From the human T2T-CHM13v2.0 reference genome, Homo sapiens, in NCBI RefSeq assembly GCF_009914755.1, contig NC_060930.1: a DNA stretch of 64,000 nucleotides, one strand, 5' to 3'. Numbering within the stretch: the first letter of the stretch is position 1; every line of letters begins with the position of its first letter. This document shows, piece by piece, positions 1 through 18,580 of the stretch. The translations under genes were made by a program, and so were the position numbers. The notes below the pieces were generated by a model, which saw only the letters and a list, made by a program, of their open reading frames with translations, searched no databases and was not told the DNA's origin.

Positions 1-635
1 ACCTGACTGCATTTGTATAAAACAGTAGAGTTAGCCTATCAATTCCTGCCTTCAATCCTGGCACTCACTTCTCTTCCTTACTAATTAATGTCATTCATGG
101 CATTTTTTCAAAATAGGGCACTTTGGTCTGCATTAAAAATGGGTTCAAGCAAATACCTTTTCTCTTTAATGATTTTCTTAATGGTGTCTGGGGACTCATT
201 TGCAGCCTCTTGTTCAGCAGAAGTTGCTTCTCCTGTTATCTTCACATTTTTAAAGCCAAACCTCTTTTTTAAATTATCAAACCATCCCTTGCTGACATTA
301 AAGTCTCTAGATTTAGATCCTTCACTTTATTTTCCCTTTTTCTCATATAATGACCTCATTTTGTCTTGAATCATATTTGAGCCAATAGGTATGCCTTTCT
401 TATAACAATGCTGCACCCACATAAAAGCTGCATTTTCAATATGAGATAAAAAATGCTTCACAAAAAGTGCAAAGTTTTTATCCTGTTGGCATAGCTGCAG
501 TGACAGTTTCACAAGTTTTTTTTCTTCTTTTTTTTCTTACAGTGGTTCTTCTGCTAGATTTATCATGAATTGACTGGCAACCACAAAGGCAGACCTTAAT
601 CTATGGTATCTACATCAAGCAATTCAACTTTCTCT
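1..635 (-). mobile_element. Tigger2 (pogo-like DNA transposon), decayed transposase region; continues past the window start
   Basis: Minus-strand translation gives CENP-B/pogo-type segments (HIENAAFMWVQHCYKKGIPI; SKGWFDNLKKRFGLKNVKITGEATSA). It joins the 8713-9383 piece across the L1. Confidence 0.8.
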
Positions 636-2345
636 TTTTCTTTTTTTTATTATACTTTAAGTTCTAGGGTACATGTGCACAATGTGCAGGTTTGTTACAT
701 ATGTATACATGTGCCAGGTTGTTGTGCTGCCCCCATTAATTCGTCATTTACATTAGGTATATTTCCTAATGCTATCCCTCCCCGCTCCTCCCAACCCACA
801 ACAGGCCCGTGTGTGATGTTCCCTTTCCTGTGTCCAAGTGTTCTCACTGTTCAATTCCCACCTATGAGTGAGAACATGCGGTGTTTGGTTTTTTCTCCTT
901 GTGATAGTTTGCTGAGAATGATGGTTCCCAGCTTCATCCATGTCCCTACAAAGGACATGAACTCAACCTTTTTTATGGCTGCATAGTATTCCATGGTGTA
1001 TATGTGCCACATTTACTTAATCTACTCTATCACTGATGGACACTTGGGTTGGTTCCTAGTCTTTACTATTGTGAATAGTGCTGCAATAAACATACATGTG
1101 CATGTGTCTTTATAGCAGCATGACTTATAATCCTTTGGGTGTATACCCAGTAATGGGATGGCTGGGTCAAATGGTATTTCTAGTTCTAGATCCCTGAGGA
1201 ATCGCCACACTGTCTTCCACAATGGTTGAACTAGTTTACAGTCCCACCAACAGTGTAAAAGTGTCCCTATTTCTCCACATCCTCTCCAGCACCTGTTGTT
1301 TCCTGACTTTTTAATGATCGCCATTCTAACTGGTGTGAGATGGTATCTCATTGTGGTTTTGATTTGCATTTCTCTGATGGCCAGTGATGATGAGCATTTT
1401 TTCATGTGTCTGTTGGCTGCATAAATTCTTCTTTTGAGAAGTGTCTGCTCATATCCTTCACCCACTTGTTGATGGGGTTGTTTGTTTTTTTCTTGTAAAT
1501 TTGTTTGAGTTCTTTGTAGATTCTGGATATGAGCCCTTTGTCAGATGAGTAGACTGCAAAATTTTCTCCCATTCTGTAGGTTGCCTGTTTACTCTGATGG
1601 TAGTTTCTTTTGTTCTGCAGAAGCTCTTTAGTTTAATTAGATCCCATTTGTCATTTTTGGCTTTTGTTGCCATTGCTTTTGGTGTTTTAAACATGAAGTT
1701 CTTGCCCATGCCTATGTCCTGAATGGCACTGCCTAGGTTTTCTTCTAGGGTTTTTATGGTTTTAGGTCTAACATTTAAGTCTTTAATCCATCTTGAATTA
1801 ATTTTTGTACAAGGTGTAAGGAAGGGATCCAGTTTCAGCTTACCACATATGGCTAGCCAGTTTTCCCAGCACCATTTGTTAAATAGGGAATCCTTTCCCC
1901 ATTTCTTGTTTTTGTCAGGTTTGTCAAAGATCAGATGGTTGTAGATGTGTGGTATTATTTCTGAGGGCTCTGTTCTGTACCATTGGTCTATATCTCTGTT
2001 TTGGTACCAGTACCATGCTCTTTTGGTTACTGTATCTTTGTAGTATAGTTTGAAGTCAGGTAGCGTGATGCCTCCAGCTTTGTTCTTTTGGCTTAAGATT
2101 GACTTGGCAATGTGGGCTCTTTTTTGGTTCCATATGAACTTTAAAGTAGTTTTTTCCAATTCTGTGAAGAAAGTCATTGGTAGCTTGATGGGAATGGCAT
2201 TGAATCTATGAATTACCTTGGGCACTATGGCCATTTTCAACATATTGATTCTTCCTATCTCTGAGCATGGAATGTTCTTCCATTTGTTTGTACTCTCTTT
2301 TATTTCATTGAGCAGTAGTTTGTAGCTCTCCTTGAAGAGGTCCTT
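636..2345 (-). mobile_element. Segment A: L1PA 3' part (ORF2 C-terminal third, 3'UTR, polyA)
   Basis: ORF2 C-terminal peptides including the zinc-knuckle region [18 protein letters not shown], a G-rich 3'UTR and a poly(A) tail. Confidence 0.92.
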
Positions 2346-6627
<4,282 letters not shown>

Positions 6628-6690
6628 TATGATGTTAGCTGGTTATTTTGCTCATTAGTTGATGCATTTTCTTCCTAGCCTCGACGGTCT

Positions 6691-7707
6691 TTACAATTTG
6701 GCATGGTTTTGCAGTAGCTGGTACTGGTTGTTCCTTTCCATGTTTAGTGCTTCCTTCAGGAGGTCTTTTAGGGCAGGTCTCATAGTGACAAAATCTCTCA
6801 GCATTTTCTTGTCTGTAAAGGATTTTATTTCTCCTTCACTTATGAAGCTTAGTTTGGCTGGGTATGAAATTCTAGGTTGAAAATTGTTTTCTTGAAGAAT
6901 GTTGAATATTGGCCCCCACTCTCTTCTGGCTTGTAGAGTTTCTGCCAAGAGATCAGCTGTTAGTCTGATGGGCTTCCCTTTGTGGGTAACCAGACCTTTC
7001 TCTGTGGCTGCCCTTAACATTTTTTCCTTCATTTCAACTTTGGTGAATGTGACTATTATGTGTCTTGGAGTTGCTCTTCTCGAGGAGTATCTTTGTGGTG
7101 TTCTCTGTATTTCCTGAATTTGAATGTTGGCCTGCCTTCCTAGGTTGTGGAACTTCTCCCGGATAATATCCTGCAGAGTGTTTTCCCAGTTGGTTCCATT
7201 CTCCCCATCACTTTCAGGTACACCAATCAGACGTAGATTTGGTCTTTTCACATAGTCCCATATTTCTTGGAGGCTTTGTTCATTTCTTTTTACTCTTTTT
7301 TCTCTAAACTTCTCTTCTGACTTCATTTCATTCATTGGATCTTCAATCACTGATACCCTTTCTTCCAGTTGATCGAACTGGCTACTGAAGCTTGTGCATT
7401 CGTCCCCTAGTTCTCATGCCATGGCTTTCAGCTCCATTGGGTCATTTAAGGGCTTCTCTACACCGGTTACTCTACTTTGCCATTCATCTAATCTTTTTTC
7501 AAGGTTTTTAGCTTCTTTGTGATAGGTTTGAACTTCCTCCTCTAGCTCAGAGAAGTTTGATCATCTGAAGCATTCTTCTCTCAACTTGTCAAAGTCATTC
7601 TCCATCCAGCTTTGTTCCATTGCTGGTGAGGAGCTACATTACTTTGGAGTGGGAGAGGTGCTCTGATTTTTAGAATTTTCAGCTTTTCTGCTCTGTTTTT
7701 TCCCCAT
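6691..7707 (-). pseudogene. L1 ORF1 (338-codon span) with premature TGA at 7414-7416
   Basis: ATG at 7707, stop at 6691. Peptides RNEQSLQEIWDYVKRPNLRLIGVPE and ARREW-GPIFNIL. In-frame CGA>TGA at 7416. Confidence 0.88.
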
Positions 7708-8712
7708 CTTTGTGGTTTTGTCTGTCTTTGGTCTTTGATGATGGTGATGTACAGATGAGGTTTTGGTGTGGATGTCCTTTCTGTTTGTTAGTTTTCCTTC
7801 TAACAGTCAGGACCCTCATCTGCAGGTCTGTTGGAGTTTGCTAGAGGTCCACTCCAGACCCTGTTTGCCTGGGTATCAGCTGCAGAGGCTGCAGAACAGC
7901 GAATATTGCTGAACAGCAAATGTTGCTGCCTGATTGTTCCTCTGGTAGCTTCATCTCAGAGGGGTACCCAGCCATGTGAGATGTCAGTCTGCCCCTACTG
8001 GGGGGTGCCTCCCAGTTAGGCTACTCAGGGCTCAGGGACCCACTTGAGGAGGCAGTCTGTCTGTTCTCAGATCTCAGACTCCGTGCTGGGAGAACCACTA
8101 CTCTCTTCAAAGCTGTCAGGGACATTTAGGTCTGCAGAGGTTTCTGCTGCCTTTGTTCAGCTATGCTCTGCCTCCAGAGGTGGAGTCTACAGACGCAGGC
8201 AGGCCTCCTGAGCTGCGGTGGGCTCCACTCAGTTCGACCTTCCTGGCTGCTTTGTTTACCTACTCAAGCCTCAGCAATGACAGGCACCCTTCCCCCAGCC
8301 TTGCTGCTGCCTTGCAGTTTGATCTCAGACTGCTGTGCTAGCAATCAGCAAGCCTCTGTGGGCATGGGACCCTCTAAGTCAGGCACAGGATATAATCTCC
8401 TGGTGTGCCATTTGCTAAGACCTTTGGAAAAGTGCAGTATTAGGGTGGGAGTGACCCGATTTCCCAGGTGCTGTCTGTCACAGCTCCCCTTGGCTAGGAA
8501 AGGGAATTCCCTGACCCCTTGCACTTCCTGGGTGAGGGGATGCACCCTGCTTCAGCTCACGCTCAGTGGGCTGCAATCACTGTCCTGCACCCACTGTCCA
8601 ACAAGCCCCAGTGAGATGAACCTGGTACCTCAGTTGGAAATGCAGAAATCATCCTTACACTGGGAGCTGTAGACTGGAGCTGCTCCTATTCGGCCATCTT
8701 GGAACTGCCCCC
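7708..8712 (-). promoter_or_regulatory. L1PA 5'UTR (sense and antisense promoter region), CpG-decayed
   Basis: YY1 motif AAGATGGCC at 8692-8700 on minus. Retains the ~130-bp segment (~7837-7965) that younger L1PA3/L1HS elements lost. Confidence 0.8.
8277..8672 (+). CDS. L1 antisense ORF0 homolog, open, 131 aa (translation unproven)
   Basis: MTGTLPPALLLPCSLISDCCASN...RVGVTRF matches the primate L1 ORF0 N-terminus. It lies inside track ORF 8163..8672. Confidence 0.55.
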   Translation: MTGTLPPALLLPCSLISDCCASNQQASVGMGPSKSGTGYNLLVCHLLRPLEKCSIRVGVTRFPRCCLSQLPLARKGNSLTPCTSWVRGCTLLQLTLSGLQSLSCTHCPTSPSEMNLVPQLEMQKSSLHWEL

Positions 8713-9383
8713 TTAACTTTTTCTGATAATGCCACTTTTTCTCTGCTTCTTGGGAGCACTTCCACCACCACTAGTGGCACTTCATGTTAGTCCCATGGTA
8801 TTATTCAAGGTTTACGGTATTGCACTAACCACAGTTAAAAAATATGCGAAAGCTGTGAGGGATCACTTTTTATTAGGATATGTAGTTTACTGGAAAGATG
8901 AACTGCTCATGTGGAAATGATTAGCATCACATGGTGTCTTAAGCAGATACAACCCTTGAGCTCACCACAGTGGCAAGAGGAGATGGCTATGAAGTTATGA
9001 CAGTAGTACAGTATATACTAAAGTTAATTTATGTAATTATGATTTAATACTGCATCTTTATGTTTGCTTACATTTCTCTCAACTGCAAATGGCGCCCTGT
9101 GAGGCTGTATGTGCATAAGTTTTGATACATCTTGACTTTTTATATAAGATCTGTGTATGTTTTATGGTAGTAAGTGACTAGTAGAATAATATTTTCTAAC
9201 ATTTTTTGCATTCATGACATATCTAACTTTTTCTTAATTTTTTCAATAATTTTTGTCTGTAAGACTCATCTATTTTTTTCAAATTGTCACATATCTGCAG
9301 AAATTTTTTCAATAGATTTATTGAAAAAAATCTGCATATAAGTGGACCCATGCACTTCAATACTGTGTTGTTTGAGTCAACCA
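8713..9383 (-). mobile_element. Tigger2 5' portion (terminal region and transposase start)
   Basis: Minus strand reads like the Tigger2/MER28 5' end (GTTGACTC..AACAACAC..GGGTCCACTTATATGCAGATTTTTTTCAATAAAT). Decayed start of the transposase (..SAPKKQRK..) from ATG at 8796. Confidence 0.8.
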
Positions 9384-9952
9384 TATTTATTTTATAGAAA
9401 ATAAAAGGTATGCTAATTGTCTCAAAATTTTACTCATTTACTTGTTTTCATATTTCATCAACATCAGTTTTAAAATGTACCCAATTGAGACAGAAATAAT
9501 TATTTTTCTGAGTACTTTTTATAAAACTGCCAAATTGTTTACCTTCATAATGCTCCTTCCCACAAATTGAAGCCAGAAGAGTTTTAAGGATGTGAATTTG
9601 TGTTCATTCTGAAGATATTTTGAACCAGTGGTTACACCTCTACTTGTAGAAAGACCACAATCATGTTTCTTTCCATGGGCTTAAAAATAAAAAGAAAGGT
9701 TGACAAAAAACACCTTCTGGCCCTACATTCATTTTCCTGTTCTGCACTTGTGCTCTGTTGCCTTCATTAAAGAGAAAAACTCACCAGTCACAACCTCCTC
9801 CTCCTCATTGTTGGAGGCAGATCAAATTTATTCCCTACCTTGGTTCACAGGAAATGGCTGTAGAGGATTGTAGATCACAGCAGTTAAGGGTGAGGGTCTG
9901 GACAAATCACCTACTTCTTCTTTAAAGCCAACTAACAAAAAGCCCACCTAGC

Positions 9953-11352
9953 TTTCAATGGAGTTGAAACAGCCTTCTATTGGAAGAAGATACCATCTAG
10001 GACTGTCATTGTTAGAAAGGAGAAGTCAGTGCCTGACTTAAAAGCTTCAAAGGATAGGCTAACTCTCTTGTTGGGAGTTAATGCAACTGGTGACTTTAAG
10101 TGGAAGCCAATGCTCATTTGCCATTCCAAAAATGCTAAAGCCGTTAAGGATTATGTTAAATCAATTCTGCCTGGGTTCTATCAATGGAACAACAAAGCCT
10201 GGATGACAGCACTTCTGTTTACAGCATGGTTTACTGAATACTTTAAGCCCACTGTTGAGACCTACTGCTCAGAAAACAAGACTCCTTTCAAAATATTATT
10301 GCTTACCTGGTCACCAAAGAGCTCTGATGAAGATATACAAAGAGATGAATGTTGTTTTCATGCCTGCTAACACAACATCCATTTTGCAGCCCATGAATCA
10401 AGTAGTAGTTTTGACTTTCAAGTCTTATTATTTAAGAAACACATTTCATAAGACTATAACTGCCATACCTGTTGGATTTGGACAAAGTATATTGAAAACC
10501 TCTTGGAAGAGGTTCACCATTCTAGATGCCATTAAGAACATTTGTGACTCATGGGAGGAGGTAAAAATATCAACATTTGCAGGAGTTTGGAAGAAGTTGA
10601 TTCCAATCCTCAATGATGACTTTGAGGGGTTCAACACTTCAGTGGAAGAAGTAACTTAAGATTTGATGGAAATAGCAAGATCATTAGAATTAAAAGTGGA
10701 GCCTAAAGATGTGACTTAATTTCTGCAACCTCATAAGAAATCATGAATGGATAAGAAGTTGCTTCTTATGGATGAGCAAGTGGTTTCTTGAGATGGAATC
10801 TATTCCTAATGAAGATGCTGTGACCATTATTGAAATGGCAACAGAATTTAGAATATTACACAAACTTATAATCAAACATTGGTAGGGTTTGAGAGGATTG
10901 ACTTCAGTTTTGAAAGTTCTATTGTGAGTAAAATGCTATCAAACAGCATCACATGCTACAAATAAATTTTTTGTGAAAAAAAAAATCAATGCAGCCAATT
11001 TCACTGATGTCTCATTTTAAGAAATTGCCACAGCCACAGAAGCCTTCAGCAACCTCCTCCCTGAACAGTCAGCAGTTATGGGCATCAAGGCAAGAATCTC
11101 CACCAGCAAAAAAAATTACAATTTGTTGAAGGCTCAGATGATGGTTAGAACTTTTTAGCAATAAAGTATTTTTAAATTACTGTATGCAAATTATTTTTAG
11201 ACATAGTGCTATTGCACAGTTAATAGACTACAGTAAAGTATAAACATAAATTTTATATGCACTAGGGAACCAAAAAAATTGTGTAACTCCCTTTATTGCA
11301 ATTTATTGTGGTGGTCTAGAACCAAACCTGCAGTATCTCCAAGGTATGCTTG
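9953..11352 (+). mobile_element. Tigger1 3' half (decayed DDE transposase and right end)
   Basis: Peptides [40 protein letters not shown]. Terminal TATCTCCAAGGTATGCTTG followed by TA. Confidence 0.88.
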
Positions 11353-12944
11353 TATTTCTGACATAAGTTACATTCCTTAGCCCAAAGAGTACTTCCCTAT
11401 GTGCATGATTTGGAATAAACTTTCAGTCAGTCTTTAATTTCTGAAGACATACAATTCACAAAGTCATAGCTTCAGGCGTGAAAGAAAAAGATAAAGATAT
11501 ACATTAAACTTTGAGGTCTGTTTCATAGCTTAAGAAATAAAGTGCTGTGTCTTCTTTATTACTCCTGAAGGATTTAAATACAGAAATTCATTAAATTTTG
11601 TTTTTCAATTCTCTTACAAGCAAATTCTTTATGTGCTAAGTATATATTTAATTATATATTTTACGAGCTTTAGCTATAACATTTGATATCCCTTGTAGTT
11701 GTTTAGTGTTACTATTGATACAAATAAAGCTACAGTATTTCATTTAAAATAAGACATCATCAGTTTTAAGACAATTCTGAATTCTGCCATGTGAAATATT
11801 TTAAAAAGTAAATCTTAGAATCAGTGACATGATAATTTATCAGCATTTTAATGATACTTACTAGTATAAAATATAAGCTATAGTCTGTAAAGCCCAGGGA
11901 TAGAGGAATTTGTAAAACTAGATGGATTAGCATCTGGAATTAAAGATATTAGAGACTTTCAATTCTAAAAGCATAAAAAACATTTTATGTTTTATGCACA
12001 TAACCATGTGCATCAAATAATTGTTAAAGAGACCCACAAATCTTTATCCTTATACTTGTCAGAGACTTTAAGATGGTAACAGCTGAAAGTAAAAATAAGC
12101 ATTCTTAATGGAACTGAGTTAAGCAACAGCTAATAATTGTCCTTACCAAGTCCCCAGAACCACCAAAGGGAAGGAAATCAAGCTTCTGTCTTCTGTTCTT
12201 GAACTTCCCAGATTCACCCTTTAATTTATCATAGGACGGGCAAATTTACCAATGTCCAGTAAAGTGTTTGCTATAGGCAATGTGGGTCTCTATAACTTTT
12301 GAAGATTACTGTATTATGTTTTAATTTTAGTATCTCACCACAATTCATGCTGCTTTCAAAATTTAATCACCTCCCCATATCCTGTGAACTCTCTTTATCA
12401 CTTATGCATTCACCAAAAATGATAGAACATTAATTCTGTGCCAGATACTCACCTAGGAATTGGGGATAAAATAATAAGAAATTTTCTCTTTGCCCTCAAG
12501 TGAGCAGTTTTACAGAGGAGACAGTTTCAGTCACACTGTAATGGCACTTCTATGGTTTGTCAATTTCACAGTAATATGAAATAATGGCCCAAAGGAGGAG
12601 ATAATGATCTCTGCTTTCAGAGTCAATAGGAGGAGCTATAGCAACTGAGTCTTGAGAATGAAAAGGAAGGAATTTAGCAGGGCTCTATGGGGAAGGGATG
12701 ATGGTGGCACTTCAGGCAAAGTCAACAGCATGGGCACATTTTGTTTTCATGTTTGTCTCATCTACCAGACTTTCTAGAGTGAAGACCTCAAACTTTAGTA
12801 ATGCCCACCACCCGAGCCAGAGAAAGACAATGTTTATCAAGTATGTTTTTTTTGTTTGTTTCATTTTGTTTTTGTTTTTGTTTTTTCCAGTAAAAATAAG
12901 ATGAGAGATTGGCTGTGGAGAATATTGAGAATAGTCAGAAAATA

Positions 12945-13110
12945 GGTCAATGGTTCTCAAACTTTGATAAGCATGAGAATCACTCGGGGTGCTTGTTCCT
13001 AAGCACCACTCTCAGAGTTTCAGCTGCAGTAGGTCTGGAGTGGAGGCAAAAAAATTGCACTTTTAATCAGCCCTACCCTAGCCCCATGACTCTGACACAG
13101 GTAGTTCACG
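12945..13110. mobile_element. MER5-like hAT-Charlie remnant
   Basis: CAATGGTTCTCAAACTTTG..GAATCAC..GTAGGTCTGGAGTGGAGGC pattern typical of MER5. Confidence 0.5.
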
Positions 13111-16100
13111 GAGCACAGAGGTATATACGGGAAAAGGAATTAGTGCATACTTATGTCCTGGTTCTTATCAACCACCTGCAGCTCAGCAAATATACCTTGA
13201 GGTGCACTCCACGTCAGCATCAAAAGCTTTGTAATCAAGGTTAACCTGTGTGGCTCAGACCTGTAAGTTAATTTTCTGGCTAATATGCTGAGAGAAAAAT
13301 AAATCTGCCTCCTGAGACTTAACAGGTCTTCTAGATTTTAAAATATTAGCATGTTTTTCAAGTGTGGTGAAGCTGAAAGTACTTAAAAAGCTCCAGGATT
13401 AGTCACTTCTCTTTAAAAAAAAGTTTGCAGTGGTACAATAGTTACCTTGCAAGATGAAAATTTCCACCTGAGACTTTTTTTTCTATATTTTATAATCATT
13501 GATGAGAATTAATGCCAACTCTACCTTTTTTAGACATTGACTGAAACATTTTAAAACTGAGTTGAAAATAATCCTGGGCACGCCTTTAACACCCACTTGT
13601 TCTAATTTAACTCCATTTGTCTTTCCCTTACTTACTCTTTATTTTCTTGAGCATTCCAGCTGTTAGCATTAAATCTAATTTTTGTATGTCAGCCCATGTC
13701 AAAGCAAGCCTTAATCCTTTTAATGTTAACCTATCACCAGCTCAAAGCTGCTTTATATCATCAGATATAACCACATTTCCAACCCTGAGGGCATGGAGTG
13801 TGATTATGTACGCATGCATGCTAGAGCTTCCCTGCAATACTACTTGGTGTAGACTGGAATTCTATATGGGGTGGGTCAGGATTTAATCCCAACCAACGTA
13901 CTTTGTTTACAGAAACAGAAAAAGGTTTTGTTATAAGGTGGGAGCACTGCAGAAGTATTGGAAAGAGGATTGGCTATCATATTGTTCTGTATATTTTTTA
14001 GTCTAAGAGAGATTAAAATGTTGTGAGCAAAGGTATACAGTTAATGACAGAAGTGTTGAAATGGGAACCAAACAGGAAATCTTCAGATCTATAGCCTAAC
14101 CCATACTTTGTCCCTTTGTCAATGGAGTTATACTATATCATTTACTTTCTTTTCTCCCTTGAGTGATTAACTCAAGCATCTCAAAGCAAAACAAAACAAA
14201 ACAAAACCACCCTACTGTTTTTATTCCTTTCATTTAGACAATTATTTGGGAGGTAAGGGGAGGTTGTAAAAGAGTCAACTGTGTCTTGAAAGCTTGGAAT
14301 AATTATATTTTTTTTCTCCGCTGGTTTCTGACAAGATATACCTCAAATTTAGAAAACTACTCAATGAAACAGGGTATTGTCATTGGCAAAGTTCTGCATG
14401 GAAACAACTTGCAGTCAGTCAGGTACAGGTGACTTTTTAAAAATTCTACTAAGGCATTTAACTGTGTTATAGTAATACACTGATAAAGAAATTCTGTCTG
14501 TTTATATGGAAGATAAACATCATCACCAAATGCAGGTAGATATTATTGCCATTTTATTTTATATAAAATATATATTTGGTGTAATAGAATTAGAATTTTA
14601 GAAAGAGCTTATATCTTAAGTAAAAGAAAGGACAATATCTTGTAAATGAGTGTGAAGAGACATTGTCATAAACAAGTTTGAATGTCCAGTTAAATGTCCA
14701 CCTTAAAAAGGCAATACATAGCAGAAGAGAATAAAAAAGAAAATTCTCTTTCATTCGTATTATGGATCTCAGCCCTGGGGTTAAAAGAATAAGTCATATT
14801 ATTTTTTTCCTAGAGTAGCTCACGTCCTAAGGGGGAGGAATAACACAGAAAATGTTAACTACAATGCTACAAGACAAGTAACTTCAAAGTCCTATGAGAC
14901 CTTAAGGGGAGAGTAATTAATTTTGTTTTGGAAATTGGGAAAGGCTTCAAGGGGGATATAATGTTGAAACAAGTGCAGTTTCAATTTTTAAAAAGCCAAG
15001 CAGATGTTTTTTTAACATATAAATACAGCAGCATGATATTTCTTTTCTGAACATTAAAAAATATCTTTTTAAGGCTTGTTTAAAATAATATTTCTACAAA
15101 ATAAACGTCTCACTTCCCATTTTCTCCAACTGAGATAACGAAGTCTTCCTTTTATTTTTATTCACTGCTTTGTTAGTTTTTCTATTAAGCTCGTTATTTA
15201 TACTTCATGATGATTTTTCCTACATCACTTAATTGGGCAGAAGCTTCTTGAAGAAATCTATGTCTACATTTCCCTCTAAAAGAATCACTTTATATTCTTG
15301 TATATAATTCTCATTATTCTCTTTTTTCTTGTTTCTCCTTTCACTTTTATTTTATTATCTTTTTCATACTATTTCAGTACTAACCATAGAAAACTGGGAA
15401 CAATAGTACACACTGACAACTTTATATATATTTTCTTTCTATACATGCTTCCTCTGCATAAAGACACTGATTACAAATACTATAATTTTCATTTACAAAG
15501 AAAAGCTGGGGTTAAGGTATTTTCCAAGGATACAGAGGCACCTGTGATGAATATGGAAACAAAATCTCCTAGGTCAGTGGTCATTAGATCAATTGTTCAA
15601 CATTTTAAATGTTGTCCTAGATTTGATGCCAGTTCCTCGACAATAGGTTTTGAAAAGAGGGTTCATGATCTGAGATCCCGAAAAGGAAAAAGTTAAAAGG
15701 AAGAGAATCTTAGAGGATTAGATTGATCTCTAGGGATTTGGAAACTAGGCAGAAGATCTGAAGATGAAAGGAAAGATTTGATTCTGTGCTAAATTACAAG
15801 TTTTGAAGGAAATTAGAGTGTAATTTTGTTCAGCTATAGATAAGAATCCACAGCCTAAATTAGTAAAGTTCTTATAACTATTATCTTTTAAATCATAATT
15901 AAAAAGTATTTCTAAAACGATGTCAGTTGTGAACAATCACCTTGAGGTACAAGCGTAATATGAAAAGTCTGAGAAAGCACAGCAGTAGCAACCAGTGCAT
16001 ATTAAATATCAGTTGCAAAAGGGCAAGTCCAAAAGACATGTCATTACCTTACTGTATATCTTTTCTTCTCAGTCACGAAAAGAGGGAAAGGCATATAGCA

Positions 16101-17680
16101 CTGCTGTCATGCCTTGTTTATTTTGGCCTCACGAAAGCATCAAAGTTCTGCTTTTTGGGGGAGCTGGTAGGGTGCCTTAGATTCTTCTCGCCCTACTCCT
16201 GAGAGGAAAGCTACGTTTAAACAGGCCCCAAAGAGCAAAATTTTGTTATCCTCCTGGAACCATTTATTATACTTGACCCTGACTCAGTCACTGGTAATAC
16301 CCTCAGCCCAGGTTAAATAAACTTGGCATATAGGCTAAGCCAATTAGTGTGTTGCTGTCCACTGGTTAGAGTTTCCAGGAACAATCAGTTCTGCTGGGAA
16401 AAAAGAGCATGGTTTTTCTTCCATTACCAAATAAATACTTGATTAACCTGATTTCCAAGTGAATACCTGATTTCTCTCAGAAATATGCTTGTAGAAAGTT
16501 AGAGTGGGCCAGTGGTAAAAATAGAGAATTAAACACACATACTCAACTCTACATTCTCCCAGAAACTCTCAAACAACTGCCAAGGGATTGAAGGGAAGAG
16601 AAAGTGGTGGGGGAAATGGAAATGCTACAGGGCAAAGGGATGAGAGGGGAGAAGGTAGTGGAATCTGAATGGTGGATGGTTGTGTGGTAACTGATTTAGC
16701 AGATCCATGAAATCTGAATAAAGCCATTAGTGAGAAAAATTTAGAAGCACAATAATTGCCATTGTATAATCTGCAAAGCTTCAGGATTCTTGACCCCTGT
16801 TATTCTGGAAGTAGGATACAGGCAGAACTTAAAAAAAAAAGGATTGGATGCAAGTCTGTTTTAAAAATATCCATTTTACCTCTACTCCCTTTAGAAACCC
16901 CACTAAAATGACAGCCTAGGTTTCTGTTTGATTTGCCTTAAGGAACACACTCAAAATGACCCAAACAAAAACAACCAACTAAAGAAAAACATGTTTTTAC
17001 ATACTTTCTGTTAGAATCTTACTGCGTACTTTTTTTTTTTAACTATTGTAAATAGTATGCTTTGAAATTTTTCTCTAGCTGTTGCTGCTATATAAAAATG
17101 CCACTGACTTTTAGTTATTAATCTTATAACTGGTAACTTTGGCAGAAACTTAACAAATTTATTGCATTATTTCCCCAAATGATGAATTATAATAATTTGG
17201 GCAGAATTCCTTCAGGTTTCCTATTTTGTAGAAAACCATGTTATTTCTGAATAATAATAATTTACTTTCCAATCCTTATAGCATTTCTTTTTTTTCTTAT
17301 TGCACTATGATATTTAATCCAATATTGAATAGCAATAGTTATATTGTGAATGATTATAATGATTCACCATTGATTATAATGTTTGCTATAAAATTTCCAT
17401 GCATAACATTTTCAGGTTAAAGAAATTCATTTTTATAACTTGTCCACTGGGGTTTTGTATCAAAAATGATTATTAAATGTTATCAACTGTGTATTCTATG
17501 CCTATTAAAATAATATTTTCTCCTTTAATATATTAATGTGATACATTACTTAATAGATTTTATAATGTTAAATCTAATGTTTATAATGTTAAAATTGCAT
17601 TCCTAGAGTATATCATAGTTGGTAATTATATGTCATCTTTTTTTACATTGCTGAATTCAATTTATACTTTTCCTTTTTTA

Positions 17681-18111
<431 letters not shown>

Positions 18112-18580
18112 CTATTAACTGGAAGTTCAGGTTTGGAGTTATCTTTCTTTGAATGTTTCTTTCAACGCTCCTGTAAAACTGTATGGATCTGCTGTTTTCC
18201 TCAAGGGAGAATTATGTACTACAGATAACCTTATGATTTTTATTTCTTGACTAATTTTGAGTCAATTTTGGTAACTTTTAAAAGTATTTTGTTCATTTCA
18301 CTTAATTTTTCAAATGTGTTAACATTAAAGTTACTTATATTTTCTTGTCATTTTGATCTCAGCCGCCTCTTTAATTACACCTTCTTATTCATTCCTAATC
18401 TTTTATGCTGTCTCTTTTGTTTTCTTAATAGATCTTGCCTGACGTTTGTCAAAATCATTAGTTTTTCAGAAAATCATTTTTGGATTTGTTGATTCAAAAT
18501 TATGAAGTTTTTTACTTTATGTTTTTCTGCTCTTGTCTTTATTATTTTATTTCTTCTTACTCCTACATTTTTTGGGTTTA

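Noticed and set aside
10029-10659. Possible TIGD1-like domesticated transposase
   Set aside because: Frameshifted, the 5' half is missing and QPMDQ is changed to QPMNQ. Ordinary decayed Tigger1.
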